From assembly GCA_963695455.1 (NCBI GenBank), contig CAVOGN010000014.1:96644-160643 (forward strand): DNA of 64,000 nt, read 5' to 3'. Position numbers and translations under genes: made by a program. Shown here piece after piece: positions 41,440-50,739 of this stretch (within the stretch, counting starts at the first letter, position 1; the number at the start of each line of letters is the position of its first letter). This DNA is from an uncultured Gammaproteobacteria bacterium. GTDB lineage: Bacteria; Pseudomonadota; Gammaproteobacteria; DSM-19610. The notes beneath the pieces are model-generated. The model worked only from the letters and a program-made list of their open reading frames with translations. It searched no databases and had not been told where the DNA came from.

Positions 41440-41668
41440 TGATAGCCACTCGTTTCTTAGCACCGGTTGAGCGACTGTGTCAGAGCAGCAACGCATCGTC
41501 AAGCGAGCCTGCCACTGGCTCCAGAAGAGCAGCCACGCCCACCGCTGTCACTGGGACCAGGCCGGGCACGACGCAAGAAATCACACAATCACCGAGCTTG
41601 CCAGTGGCTGAACCGCTGGCCTTGGATCATACTGAAAGCCGTTGTTGGATCAGCGTGAGGTGGGCATT

Positions 41669-42430
41669 ATGGTGAGGCACAGACTAATCCTGGCGGGAAC
41701 ATTGGTGACTGCCGGTTTCGCACACAGTGTTTACGCTGGTTGGTCGGACTACCTGGACAAGCTGGGGGGCGCGCTCACCGGATCGGAGACCGCAAACAGT
41801 TCAGCGCTGTCTTCGCTGAGCGAAGCGGAAATGGTTGGCGGCTTGAAACAGGCGCTCGAGAAAGGCACCCGGTTTGCGGTGGACAAGCTCGGCAGCGAGG
41901 GCGGTTTCCTGGATAACGCCAAAGTCCGAATACCCATGCCGGACAGCCTGGCGTGGGTGGAAAAGTCCCTGCGTACGCTGCATCAGGATCAGCTGGCCGA
42001 TGAGTTTGTCGCGTCCATGAATCATGCCGCCGAACAGGCGGTACCCGAAGCGGCGGCGATTTTCGGCGCAGCGATTCAGGCCATGACGGTGCAGGATGCC
42101 AGGGCCATTCTGAGCGGCCCCGATGATGCGGCAACCCGATATTTTCGCACCCATACCGAAGCAGCCCTGAGCGAAAAAATGCGCCCCATTGTCGGCCAGG
42201 CGACCGAAACGGCCGGCGTCACCGCGTCCTACAAGCGTATGGTGTCCAGCGCTGGGGGTCTGACCAGTCTGCTTTCCAGCGATGCGACGGATCTGGACAG
42301 TTATGTGACGCAGAAAACCCTGGACGGCCTGTTCCTGATGGTGGCCGCGGAAGAGAAACAGATTCGCGAGAATCCGGCGGCCCGCTCCACGGAGCTGCTG
42401 AAAAAGGTATTCGGTTCGGTCTCACCCTGA
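41669..42430 (+). CDS. DUF4197-family secreted protein
   Basis: GLKQALEKG, VRIPMP, SMNHAAEQAV, ILSGPDDAAT, EEKQIRENP...LLKKVFG. Confidence 0.88.
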   Translation: MVRHRLILAGTLVTAGFAHSVYAGWSDYLDKLGGALTGSETANSSALSSLSEAEMVGGLKQALEKGTRFAVDKLGSEGGFLDNAKVRIPMPDSLAWVEKSLRTLHQDQLADEFVASMNHAAEQAVPEAAAIFGAAIQAMTVQDARAILSGPDDAATRYFRTHTEAALSEKMRPIVGQATETAGVTASYKRMVSSAGGLTSLLSSDATDLDSYVTQKTLDGLFLMVAAEEKQIRENPAARSTELLKKVFGSVSP

Positions 42431-42467
42431 CCCGCGCGCGCACAATGCCGGGCTGGCGGGCGGTCGC

Positions 42468-43487
42468 TCACAACTTTTCCAGGAACTCCGCCGGCATGTC
42501 GGTCGCCAACTGCAACGCGCCGTCTGCCCCAGCATACAGCGGGTCGCTGATACAGGTGAAACTACACGGCTCGAATTCCTTCGTGGCGTCTGCGAGGTAG
42601 GCATCGAGGCCGCTGATCTGGCTGCCACCGCCGGCCACAATGATATTCTTGCGCACCTGCTCCTGGAATTCGGGGTCGAAACCCGCAATCAGGTCGATAA
42701 CGGTCTCGACAATGGCAGGCATCGGGCTCTCGCAGGCCTTACGCATTTCCTCCGTCACATCGAACTGAGTGAACTTGCCATCTACCGGCGCCTCGATCTT
42801 GATGCGCCGTTTCGGCTCACCCACAAAACCGTGTTTTTCCTTGAACCTGCGCACCATATTCAAGGAGAAGTCAGCCTCGGGATGCTTCTCGGACAGCAGC
42901 TTGAAGAGCTGCTCGTCGATATAGTCACCCGCCACCAGAAGGCTGCGCTGGTCCTCATCCAGCGGCACCGTTCCATGCATGATGCAGAAATCCACAGTAC
43001 CGGCACCGATGTCGATAATCATCGCGTTATCTAACGCACCCAGTCCGTAAGCCACCGAGAAGGGCTCCGAGACCACCATGAGTTTGCTGGCATGTTCAGA
43101 CACGGCGTTTCTGATCGCGATCTTGTTAACCTTGAGCGCCTCGGCCGGCACCCCCACCGCGACGCAAATCTCGTCTTCTGGCTGAGCATCCGCCATCTCG
43201 ATCAGGTGACCGATCAACTCGTGCACAGCGGCCTCGTCCCGCTCCGTACCTTCCTTTATCACGCCGTTCTGCAGCGGCCGGGAGAGGTCGAGGGACAGGC
43301 GGTGCTCGAGCGCTTCACCGCCAAACAGCACCCGTTTGCCGAGCATTTTCTTGGCTACGAAATCTTTGGGCCAGCCGACGTAACTCTCCACCCATTTGCG
43401 GGAGCCGTTACTTGCAGACACCACCGACCGGGAGGTACCCAGATCGATCCCCACGTAGAGCATGTTATCTTTCTTGCTGGGCGACAT
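42468..43487 (-). CDS. MamK-like bacterial actin homologue
   Basis: Actin motifs GIDLGTS, VVSEPF, IDIGAGT, AGGGS; subfamily segments VGWPKD, PLQNGV, DEICVAVGVPA, GTVP-x2-EDQ, KACE-x2-MP resemble MamK (as recalled) more than MreB. An alternative start lies at 43463. Confidence 0.85.
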   Translation of the reverse strand: MSPSKKDNMLYVGIDLGTSRSVVSASNGSRKWVESYVGWPKDFVAKKMLGKRVLFGGEALEHRLSLDLSRPLQNGVIKEGTERDEAAVHELIGHLIEMADAQPEDEICVAVGVPAEALKVNKIAIRNAVSEHASKLMVVSEPFSVAYGLGALDNAMIIDIGAGTVDFCIMHGTVPLDEDQRSLLVAGDYIDEQLFKLLSEKHPEADFSLNMVRRFKEKHGFVGEPKRRIKIEAPVDGKFTQFDVTEEMRKACESPMPAIVETVIDLIAGFDPEFQEQVRKNIIVAGGGSQISGLDAYLADATKEFEPCSFTCISDPLYAGADGALQLATDMPAEFLEKL

Positions 43488-44640
43488 TTTCTGTTTTGTC
43501 TCCGTCTATCTTGGTTCGGATTGTGCGCCGTTTCAGGTATTCGACGATCCCGGTCTCCAGAAATCCGGCGACGCTGTCGCGGTAGTGCGGCGTGCTCAAG
43601 CGGGTTTCCTCCGCCTTGTTGCTGATGCAGGAAACCTCGATGAGTACGCTCGGCACTTCGACGCCTAACAGTACCACAAAGGGCCCCGTCTTGGCCCCGG
43701 CATCCATCAGGTCGCCGTTGCGACGTTTCAGATTATCGTACAGGCGGCTGTGGATGGAGGCGGCAAGCTGCGCCGACTCTTCAGTTTTCAGGGTGTCGCC
43801 GATCCGTGCGATGATTTCGCGGAAGTCCCCCATGACATAGTCCGAGTCCCGATTCTCTGTCTCCGCCAGATCCAGGGAGCGCTGATCGGTGTGCGGACCG
43901 AAGTAGAACGTCTCGACGTAGTTGACGGGCCCGGCTTCGGCCGGCACCGAGTTGATATGAATTGAGATAAACAGGTCGGCATGGTTCTCTTTCGCGAAGG
44001 CCACCCTCTCCTTGAGATAGACCTTGCGATCGTCGTCGCGCGTGAGCAGCACGCGATAAGTTCCCGCCGCGACAAGTTTATTGCGCAGGCGTCTGGCGAT
44101 GTCCAGGGCGACATCCTTTTCCCGCAGGCCCTGATGGCCGGTGGCGCCCGGATCGCTGCCACCGTGCCCCGGATCGATAACGATGGTTTGCACCTTGAGA
44201 TCGAACAGGTCCGCCATCGGCGTACCGAGGTGGCTCAGCATGGCATCGTATCCCCTGCTGGTTCCAGCATCGGTCCCCATGATCGGGGCAAGCTCCGAGC
44301 CCAGCAGCAGATCCATGTCGTCTGCCGCACCGTCGCTCGGCCGCGCCTGCACCGACGTGCTCGTTACCGAGGTCGGCACGGTCCGCGGCTCGGACATCTG
44401 CATCGCGACCGGCCCGAAACTGTCCAGATAGACGATCCGGAAATTGAAGCCGAGCAGTGCGACCAGGGCGAACAGCCCGATTATCGTGATCTTGCCGACC
44501 TTGCCGAACAGTTTCGGCCGACGCTCCGGACCCGGGCAAGACTCGGTGCGCCCCTTGCCCCGGCAAGAACGGGGAATACCCAGGTTGTCCTCGTAGACAC
44601 CCCGAAGCACGACCCGCCTGGTAGTCGAATCAGCTTTCAT
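43465..44640 (-). CDS. Membrane-anchored N-acetylmuramoyl-L-alanine amidase (Amidase_3)
   Basis: IVIDPGHGG, REKDV, FISIHIN, SVLIEV (Zn ligands and catalytic Glu); one N-terminal TM. The start codon is uncertain. Confidence 0.92.
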   Translation of the reverse strand: MKADSTTRRVVLRGVYEDNLGIPRSCRGKGRTESCPGPERRPKLFGKVGKITIIGLFALVALLGFNFRIVYLDSFGPVAMQMSEPRTVPTSVTSTSVQARPSDGAADDMDLLLGSELAPIMGTDAGTSRGYDAMLSHLGTPMADLFDLKVQTIVIDPGHGGSDPGATGHQGLREKDVALDIARRLRNKLVAAGTYRVLLTRDDDRKVYLKERVAFAKENHADLFISIHINSVPAEAGPVNYVETFYFGPHTDQRSLDLAETENRDSDYVMGDFREIIARIGDTLKTEESAQLAASIHSRLYDNLKRRNGDLMDAGAKTGPFVVLLGVEVPSVLIEVSCISNKAEETRLSTPHYRDSVAGFLETGIVEYLKRRTIRTKIDGDKTENVAQQER

Positions 44641-45099
44641 GGGTCAGGCCGCCGCGCTCAAGGCCTGCTCCCCAGGACGGCTGCGACACCCGTGCCCACC
44701 TGGCTTTCTGCCGCTCTGACAAAGTACGGACACCCCGCTTTCGCCCCTTTATCTTCTGTCAGTCGCATCATATGCGAAATGCAAACTGCTGGAAATTCCA
44801 GCCGCACCACCAGACCCAAGCGCCGGTCTTTGCGGGTGACTGGAGTCCCACCCCCCGCCCCTGGGTCAGCCAACCGTCGGCGTCGGCATGCCACTTGAAA
44901 CGAACCGCGCAACTCGCACCACGGGTCACCTAAGGAACTGATTGGCCGAGCGGAAAATCCTGTTGGTCGCGCAGCTGGCAGATCGTTCGAGCGACATCTA
45001 TAGTTTGAATGGCAGACAAAAACTGCGGCCCGGCTATTGTGCAAGCGGCTACCAATATCCCGACCTGATAACAACGTCACATAATACAAGGCAAAATCG

Positions 45100-45933
45100 T
45101 TGGGCACCCTGAAGCAATACTGGAAGAAGGTAAATGCCAGTCTGGTGTCGCCGTTCAAACCGCAAGCGCCCGCTTACGAGAGTCTAGCGGAATTGACACG
45201 CGAGATCCTGTCGGTGAGCCGGGAGAATCAGACCCTGGGCGCGGAACTTGGACGTGTGCGCGCAGATTCAGAGCGCACCAGGGCGGAAGAAAGCTCCAGA
45301 ATCAGCACCCTGGAACAGGCCTGCCGGGAATTCGAAAGCGCCCGGGACCTGGCTGGAGCCAGGCTGGCAGACCTGGAACAGCGGCTCGCAGAGATCGACT
45401 CCGCGGGCCATGCGGCACGCGATCGGGTTGCGCGGCTGGAAACCTCGCTGGCCCAAACCACAGACCGGCTGGAGAAGCGGAATAATCAGATCAAGTTCCT
45501 GCAGGACTCGGCGCGCGAGCAACTCGCGGCGTTCAAGACCGCCATCGCTGAAACCTCCAGCCGGCTGGAGACCAGCGACAGCCGGCTCGAGGACATGCAG
45601 GAGGCGGCGCAACATCAGATCGTGGCGCTGCAGAGCACCCTGACCGAACTATCCGGCCGGCTGTCGGCAATGGAGAGTCGACTCGAGGCTCTGCAGGACA
45701 GCAATGTCGAGCTGGTCAAGCAGTACGAAAACTGCCTGTCTCATTCCGCCTCACAGCTGGAAGCGACCCACGACCAGCTCAGGGCACTGGAGAAAAAGAT
45801 GGAGGTTGACCACAGGCTCTACAAAGACATGCTCCAGGAAACACAAACGGGTTTGCAACGCCATCGTCACTGGCCGCTGTGGGTCGCCTTAGCCACCGTT
45901 CTGGTTGTGGTTGTGGCAACAACTCTGGGCTAG
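45100..45933 (+). CDS. Long coiled-coil protein with a C-terminal membrane anchor
   Basis: Continuous heptad pattern, internal 21- and 32-aa repeats, terminal WPLWVALATVLVVVVATTLG; TTG start. Confidence 0.8.
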   Translation: MGTLKQYWKKVNASLVSPFKPQAPAYESLAELTREILSVSRENQTLGAELGRVRADSERTRAEESSRISTLEQACREFESARDLAGARLADLEQRLAEIDSAGHAARDRVARLETSLAQTTDRLEKRNNQIKFLQDSAREQLAAFKTAIAETSSRLETSDSRLEDMQEAAQHQIVALQSTLTELSGRLSAMESRLEALQDSNVELVKQYENCLSHSASQLEATHDQLRALEKKMEVDHRLYKDMLQETQTGLQRHRHWPLWVALATVLVVVVATTLG

Positions 45934-46111
45934 GCGCAGGCAGCGTCCGCCACGGAGTGCCAATCCATCAGCAACCGCGCTGCCAGCGCGCGGCTGACGC
46001 TCGCAACCGGCGCCCCGTTGCGTGCGCATGCTGTTCCAGCCCGCGGTCAGACCGCGGGCGTCGCCGCGGCAAAACCGGACATACGCAATTCGACCCTGCC
46101 CGACTGCGCGA

Positions 46112-47869
46112 TCAGACCTGATGCACGGGCGCGCACTCGCGGAATACGCGCCGACTGCAGCGCTCGCAGATACTTTCGTCCAGCTTTGCATAAATCGCCG
46201 CAATGGCGTGTGACTTGTGATCGAAGAACGCAGCGGAGCCAATCGCCCTGACGTAGCGCCCCTCGGCGATGAACTGCCACACCGATGATTTGAGCCCGCA
46301 GAAATACAGCCCGCCGCCGCGCGCGCGCAGGCGCCGGTTCTCCAGCACCAGCATTTCGGCACCGGCCATATCGATGTAGTTCATGCGCGAGGCGTCGATC
46401 AGTATATGCACGATGCCTTCCTTTTCGATGATGGCGTCGAGCCGACTCTGGATGTAGTTCACCGAACCGAAGTAGATGGCCCGGTCGATACGGATGATTT
46501 TCAGCTGCGGGCACTCGCTGACCGGTTTGGTTTCCACGTTGGTGAGCCTGTGGCCCGGATCATGGCTGTCCGGCGCCAGGGTCACGATGTCCGGACGGGA
46601 GGTGCGGGCCAGAAACAGAATCAGCGATAACAGCACGCCGAGGTAGATGGCGAACTCGAGCTCCAGGAACAGGGTGGCGAAAAAGGTCACCAGCAATATG
46701 GCGGTTTCGCTGCGGCTCTTGGTGAGAGTCTCCCAGATGTGATGGAAATCGATCAGACCATAGGCTACCAGCAGGATGACCCCGCCCATGGCCGCCACCG
46801 GCAGATAGGCGGTCAGCGGCGCGATCAGCAGCACCACCAGCATCAGCAGCACGGCGGCAAAGATGGCGGCCATGGGGGTCTGCGCACCGGCCTGGTAATT
46901 GATGCCCGAGCGCGTGAAGGAACCGGACCCGGCATAGCTGGAGAAGAAACTGCCCACCATGTTGGACAGCCCCTGACCGATGAATTCCTGGTTGCCGTCG
47001 ATGCGCTGGTGCGACTTGGTGGCCACCGAGCGGGCGATGGAGACCGCTTCGATCAGGCCCAGCAGCGCGATAGCGAAGGCCTCCGGAGCCAGCTGGCGAA
47101 TGGCGGCCATGGAAAAGTCGGGCATGGACAGCGGCGGCAGTTGGGCAGGAATCTCGGCGACAAAGGCTACCCCGTTGTCGGCCCCACCGGCCACCATCGC
47201 CGCCAGCGAACCGGCGATCAGGCCCAGGAGCAGGTTCGGCAGCCTGGGTAACAGGCGCTTGCAGATAAGCGCCGTCAGCAGCGTAACCAGCGCAATAACC
47301 AGGACGGTGAGGTTGGTCTGATCCAGCTGGTGGTAGATCTCGACCCAGGTGTGCGCGAACGACTCGCCGCGCGGAAGGGGAATCCCCAGCACGTGCTTCA
47401 ACTGGCTGGTGGCGATCAGGATGGCAGCACCGGCGGTGAAGCCCATCACCACGGTATGCGAGACGAAATTGACCAGCACCCCCAGGCGGGCCAGACCGAA
47501 GGCCAGCTGGTACACGCCGGCGAGGAAGGTCATGGTCAGCGCCAGGGTAATGAACTCGGGCGTACCCGGCGTGGCGTGGTGACTTACCGAAGCGAAGATG
47601 ACAATGGATATCGCCGTAGTCGGCCCCGAAATGAGGTGCCGCGACGATCCGAACAGGGCGGCGACGATCGGCGTCACCATGGCTGTGTACAAACCGTACT
47701 GGGGCGGCAGTCCGGCGATGGTCGCGAACGCCACGCCCTGTGGCAGCACGATCACCGCGCCGGTCAACCCGGCGATGAAATCGGCGCGCAGCGACGCGCG
47801 GTTGATGAGCGGGAACCAGGCCAGGAACGGCAGGAAGGTGCTGATTGCCAGACTTTTCATGAACATCAT
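46112..47869 (-). CDS. SulP/SLC26 anion permease with STAS domain
   Basis: DFIAGLT, PQGVAFA, GSSRHLISGP, NQEFIGQG, GSFTRS, C-terminal CERC...FREC. Confidence 0.93.
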   Translation of the reverse strand: MMFMKSLAISTFLPFLAWFPLINRASLRADFIAGLTGAVIVLPQGVAFATIAGLPPQYGLYTAMVTPIVAALFGSSRHLISGPTTAISIVIFASVSHHATPGTPEFITLALTMTFLAGVYQLAFGLARLGVLVNFVSHTVVMGFTAGAAILIATSQLKHVLGIPLPRGESFAHTWVEIYHQLDQTNLTVLVIALVTLLTALICKRLLPRLPNLLLGLIAGSLAAMVAGGADNGVAFVAEIPAQLPPLSMPDFSMAAIRQLAPEAFAIALLGLIEAVSIARSVATKSHQRIDGNQEFIGQGLSNMVGSFFSSYAGSGSFTRSGINYQAGAQTPMAAIFAAVLLMLVVLLIAPLTAYLPVAAMGGVILLVAYGLIDFHHIWETLTKSRSETAILLVTFFATLFLELEFAIYLGVLLSLILFLARTSRPDIVTLAPDSHDPGHRLTNVETKPVSECPQLKIIRIDRAIYFGSVNYIQSRLDAIIEKEGIVHILIDASRMNYIDMAGAEMLVLENRRLRARGGGLYFCGLKSSVWQFIAEGRYVRAIGSAAFFDHKSHAIAAIYAKLDESICERCSRRVFRECAPVHQV

Positions 47870-48146
47870 GAACAGGAACTACCACGTATGGGGCCGAACA
47901 CCGTCAGGTGCAGCAGCAGGGTTCCGGGATTAAATGGGATCAGCCGCGCGACAGTTCGCCAGTACGCGATGGCGACACAAGCGTCGCTCAGCCGGCCGGT
48001 GACAGGCGCGAGATTATACCCGTATGGGCGGAGAATTTCGAATCACCCATATCGGGCCTGCCGCAAGGCGGTACACCGTAGCGGATCGGCAGGCGACAAA
48101 GTCGCCGCCAGGCGGTCGCCCGGCATGCACTGCCGACCTCCCAAGC

Positions 48147-49742
48147 TTACCAGTCCGGCTTGTTGAACAACGGCTGCGCGGTACCGGTCGGCGGTGCATC
48201 CGGGAGCGCCGCAGGGAGCGTGTCGCCGGGAATCAGCTCACCCCAGTCGGTGCGTTCACGCATGCGCTGTTCGACTGACTCGGGCAGGAAACCCTGTTCG
48301 GCGCGCACTTCCCAGCCACCGCCCAGGGCTTTGTAGGTCGCCACCAGGTTGGTGACAATTTCGCCGCGCGAGCGGGTGTAGGCATCCTGGGCACGCAGCA
48401 GCCGCTGCTGGGAATCGAGCACGCGCTGAAAATCGACGGCGCCTTCCCGATACTGAATCATCGACAGGTCGACGGCGCGCTGCGCGGCATTGACACTGTC
48501 GTGCAGATACTCGGTCGCGCTCCTGGCCGCCAGGAAACCGGCCAGACCGTCTTCCACCTCGCGCGCCGCGTCCAGCACGGTATTGCGGTAATTGACCAGC
48601 AGCTGCTCGAAGCGGGCGTCCTGCACCCGCACGTTGTTCTTCAAACGGCCGTAATTGAATACCGGCCAGGAGAACGACGGACCGAAGCCATAGGCGAGGC
48701 TGTCGGCCTTGAACAGATCGCCGAGATCGCTCCGATTGGTGTCACTGCTGACGAAACCGATCGAGCCGACCAGGCTCAGGCTGGGGTAGAGCTCGCTCTC
48801 CGCAACCCCGATCAGGGCACTCTGGGCCGCGGCCTGCAGCTCGGCCTCGCGAATGTCCGGGCGACGGCGCAGCAGATCCGCCGGCATACCCACCGCCACT
48901 GCGGCAGGCGCCTCGGGGATGGCGCCTGCACCGAGCAACCCGGAGAGGTCCTGCGGCGGCATGCCCAGCAGAATGCTCAATGCGTTCTTGGACTGGCGTA
49001 TGTTGCCCTCCAGGGTCGGAATCTGCGCCTGCGTATCGCGCAGCTGCGTCAGTGCCTGGGCCGGATCCAGTTCGCTGACTGCACCGGCGCGAAAGCGCAC
49101 GTCGGCAATCTCGTAGCCGCGCTGCTGAATTGCGGCGTTGGCCTGTGCCACCGCCAGCCCCTCCTGCAGGGTGCGGATGGTGGCATAGACCCGCGCCACC
49201 TCGGCGCTCAGCGACACCAGGGCGCTGTCATAGCTGGCCACCTGCGAACCCATGTTGGCTGCTGCCGACTCGACTCCGCGCCGGAAGCGGCCCCAGAAAT
49301 CCAGTTCCCAGGACGCGTCGAAGCCGGCATTGGCTTGCCAGAAGTTCTTGTCGAGGGCGGGACTGAAGTTGGGCTGGTTTTCGCTGATACGGCTGCGGCT
49401 CAGCGCGCCGGCCGCCTGCTGCAGCTGCGGATACTGGGCACCGATCGCGATGCCCAGCTGCGCGCGGGCTTCGAGTATGCGCAGACCGGCGATCTGCACC
49501 GGCAGGTTCTGCTGATAGGCTTTCTCGATCAGCGCGTTCAGCACCGGATCGTTGAACACGGTCCACCACTGGCTGTAGTCGCCCTGGACGTCCTCTACCA
49601 CAGGTTCGTCCTGCGCGAGCCAGCTCTCTTCCAGTGCGGCTTCGGGTCGTTCGAAATCGGGCCCCAGCGTGGTGCAACCGCTCAGAACCAGCGTCGCTAC
49701 CAACGCGCCCCCTGCGGCAGACCGCAAAGCTGTTGTTTGCAT
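48147..49742 (-). CDS. Outer-membrane efflux lipoprotein (NodT/OprM family)
   Basis: Lipobox LSGC, WWTVFNDP, SWELDFWG, LLRRRPDI, YKALGGGW. Confidence 0.93.
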   Translation of the reverse strand: MQTTALRSAAGGALVATLVLSGCTTLGPDFERPEAALEESWLAQDEPVVEDVQGDYSQWWTVFNDPVLNALIEKAYQQNLPVQIAGLRILEARAQLGIAIGAQYPQLQQAAGALSRSRISENQPNFSPALDKNFWQANAGFDASWELDFWGRFRRGVESAAANMGSQVASYDSALVSLSAEVARVYATIRTLQEGLAVAQANAAIQQRGYEIADVRFRAGAVSELDPAQALTQLRDTQAQIPTLEGNIRQSKNALSILLGMPPQDLSGLLGAGAIPEAPAAVAVGMPADLLRRRPDIREAELQAAAQSALIGVAESELYPSLSLVGSIGFVSSDTNRSDLGDLFKADSLAYGFGPSFSWPVFNYGRLKNNVRVQDARFEQLLVNYRNTVLDAAREVEDGLAGFLAARSATEYLHDSVNAAQRAVDLSMIQYREGAVDFQRVLDSQQRLLRAQDAYTRSRGEIVTNLVATYKALGGGWEVRAEQGFLPESVEQRMRERTDWGELIPGDTLPAALPDAPPTGTAQPLFNKPDW

Positions 49743-49975
49743 TTTCGTGTTGCCTCCCGGCCCAAATGTCTTTGCTCCCACCGTGGACACGCAGCGACGA
49801 AAGACACCGCACGCCCCGGGGCGATCATACCCCGCATCCGTTGGAGATCGGAAACCGGGTCGCCGGGCGACGGTAGCGTGCTGGAGGCCGGTACAGCGGC
49901 AGACAAAGGTGGTACGCTTTTGCTGCTGGAGCACCCCACGATACAAACGCCCCGGGTTAGGGCGGGAGGAAGACC

Positions 49976-50269
49976 ATGAACGAGGCATCGAAACAGGCCG
50001 GTATCATTCAGGTACTGGTAGAGCGATTCGAAACACAACGGCTGCCACGGGCCCTGGCGCTGAAGAAAAAAGTCGATGGCGGGGAACGGCTGGACGACCT
50101 GGACATCGCCTTCCTGGAAGACGTGTTCAGGGACGCGCAGGAGAACCGCCATCTGGTGGAGCAGAACCCGAAGTGGCAGGGGCTGGTCGCGCAGGCTCTG
50201 AGCCTCTACGAGGAGATTACCGCAAAGGCGCTGGCGAACGAGAAGGCCGGGGGCAAGACCGCAGATTAG
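49976..50269 (+). CDS. Small helical hypothetical protein
   Basis: GGAGG RBS and typical codon usage; 97 aa. Confidence 0.75.
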   Translation: MNEASKQAGIIQVLVERFETQRLPRALALKKKVDGGERLDDLDIAFLEDVFRDAQENRHLVEQNPKWQGLVAQALSLYEEITAKALANEKAGGKTAD

Positions 50270-50312
50270 CGCGAGCGCCGGGTGAACCACCCGCCCCCGC
50301 TCAGCGCAGCAC

Positions 50313-50739
50313 TCAGGCCGCGAGCCGGCCGCGCAGCCAGCGCATCAGCGTGCCGATCACCGGCAGGCGCTCGTAGAGACCTTCCGCGGCATCCCAGTAG
50401 TCGGTGTGCGACGTCACGCGACCGCTGTGGTCGAATTCAACGTAACTTACGCCTGTTACATCGATGCCGCGCCCCTTCAGGCTGCAGGTAAAGCGCCAGC
50501 GGATGAGGGCCGCACGCCCCGAGCACATCCAGTCATGCACCCGGAAACGCGGTGAGCGGGTGGTGCGGAACATGTGTTCGAACACCTGGCGTATCGCACG
50601 TCGGCCCTGCACGGCGTTAAACGGGTCCTTGAACGTAGCGGTGTCGCTGAACACCGCCTCGAGGTTATTCAGCGACTCCATGTCGAGGCTCTCGAAGAAT
50701 CCCACGTAGGCTTCCGACCCAGGCGCTACAGTCGTTCAT
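50313..50739 (-). CDS. SnoaL/NTF2-like protein; probable frameshift near its 5' end
   Basis: FKDPF, HTDYWDAA...YERLP. An ATG overlaps the SDR stop at 50739 but is out of frame with the ORF starting at 50705. Confidence 0.8.

Noticed and set aside
41440-41640. THF-II (folE) riboswitch upstream of folE
   Set aside because: I could not identify the expected stem and consensus by eye; an Infernal search would be needed.
38433-49742. Magnetosome gene island around the MamK-like gene
   Set aside because: No other mam/mms/mad or feo gene is recognisable; the neighbours are an amidase, DUF4197, folE and SulP.
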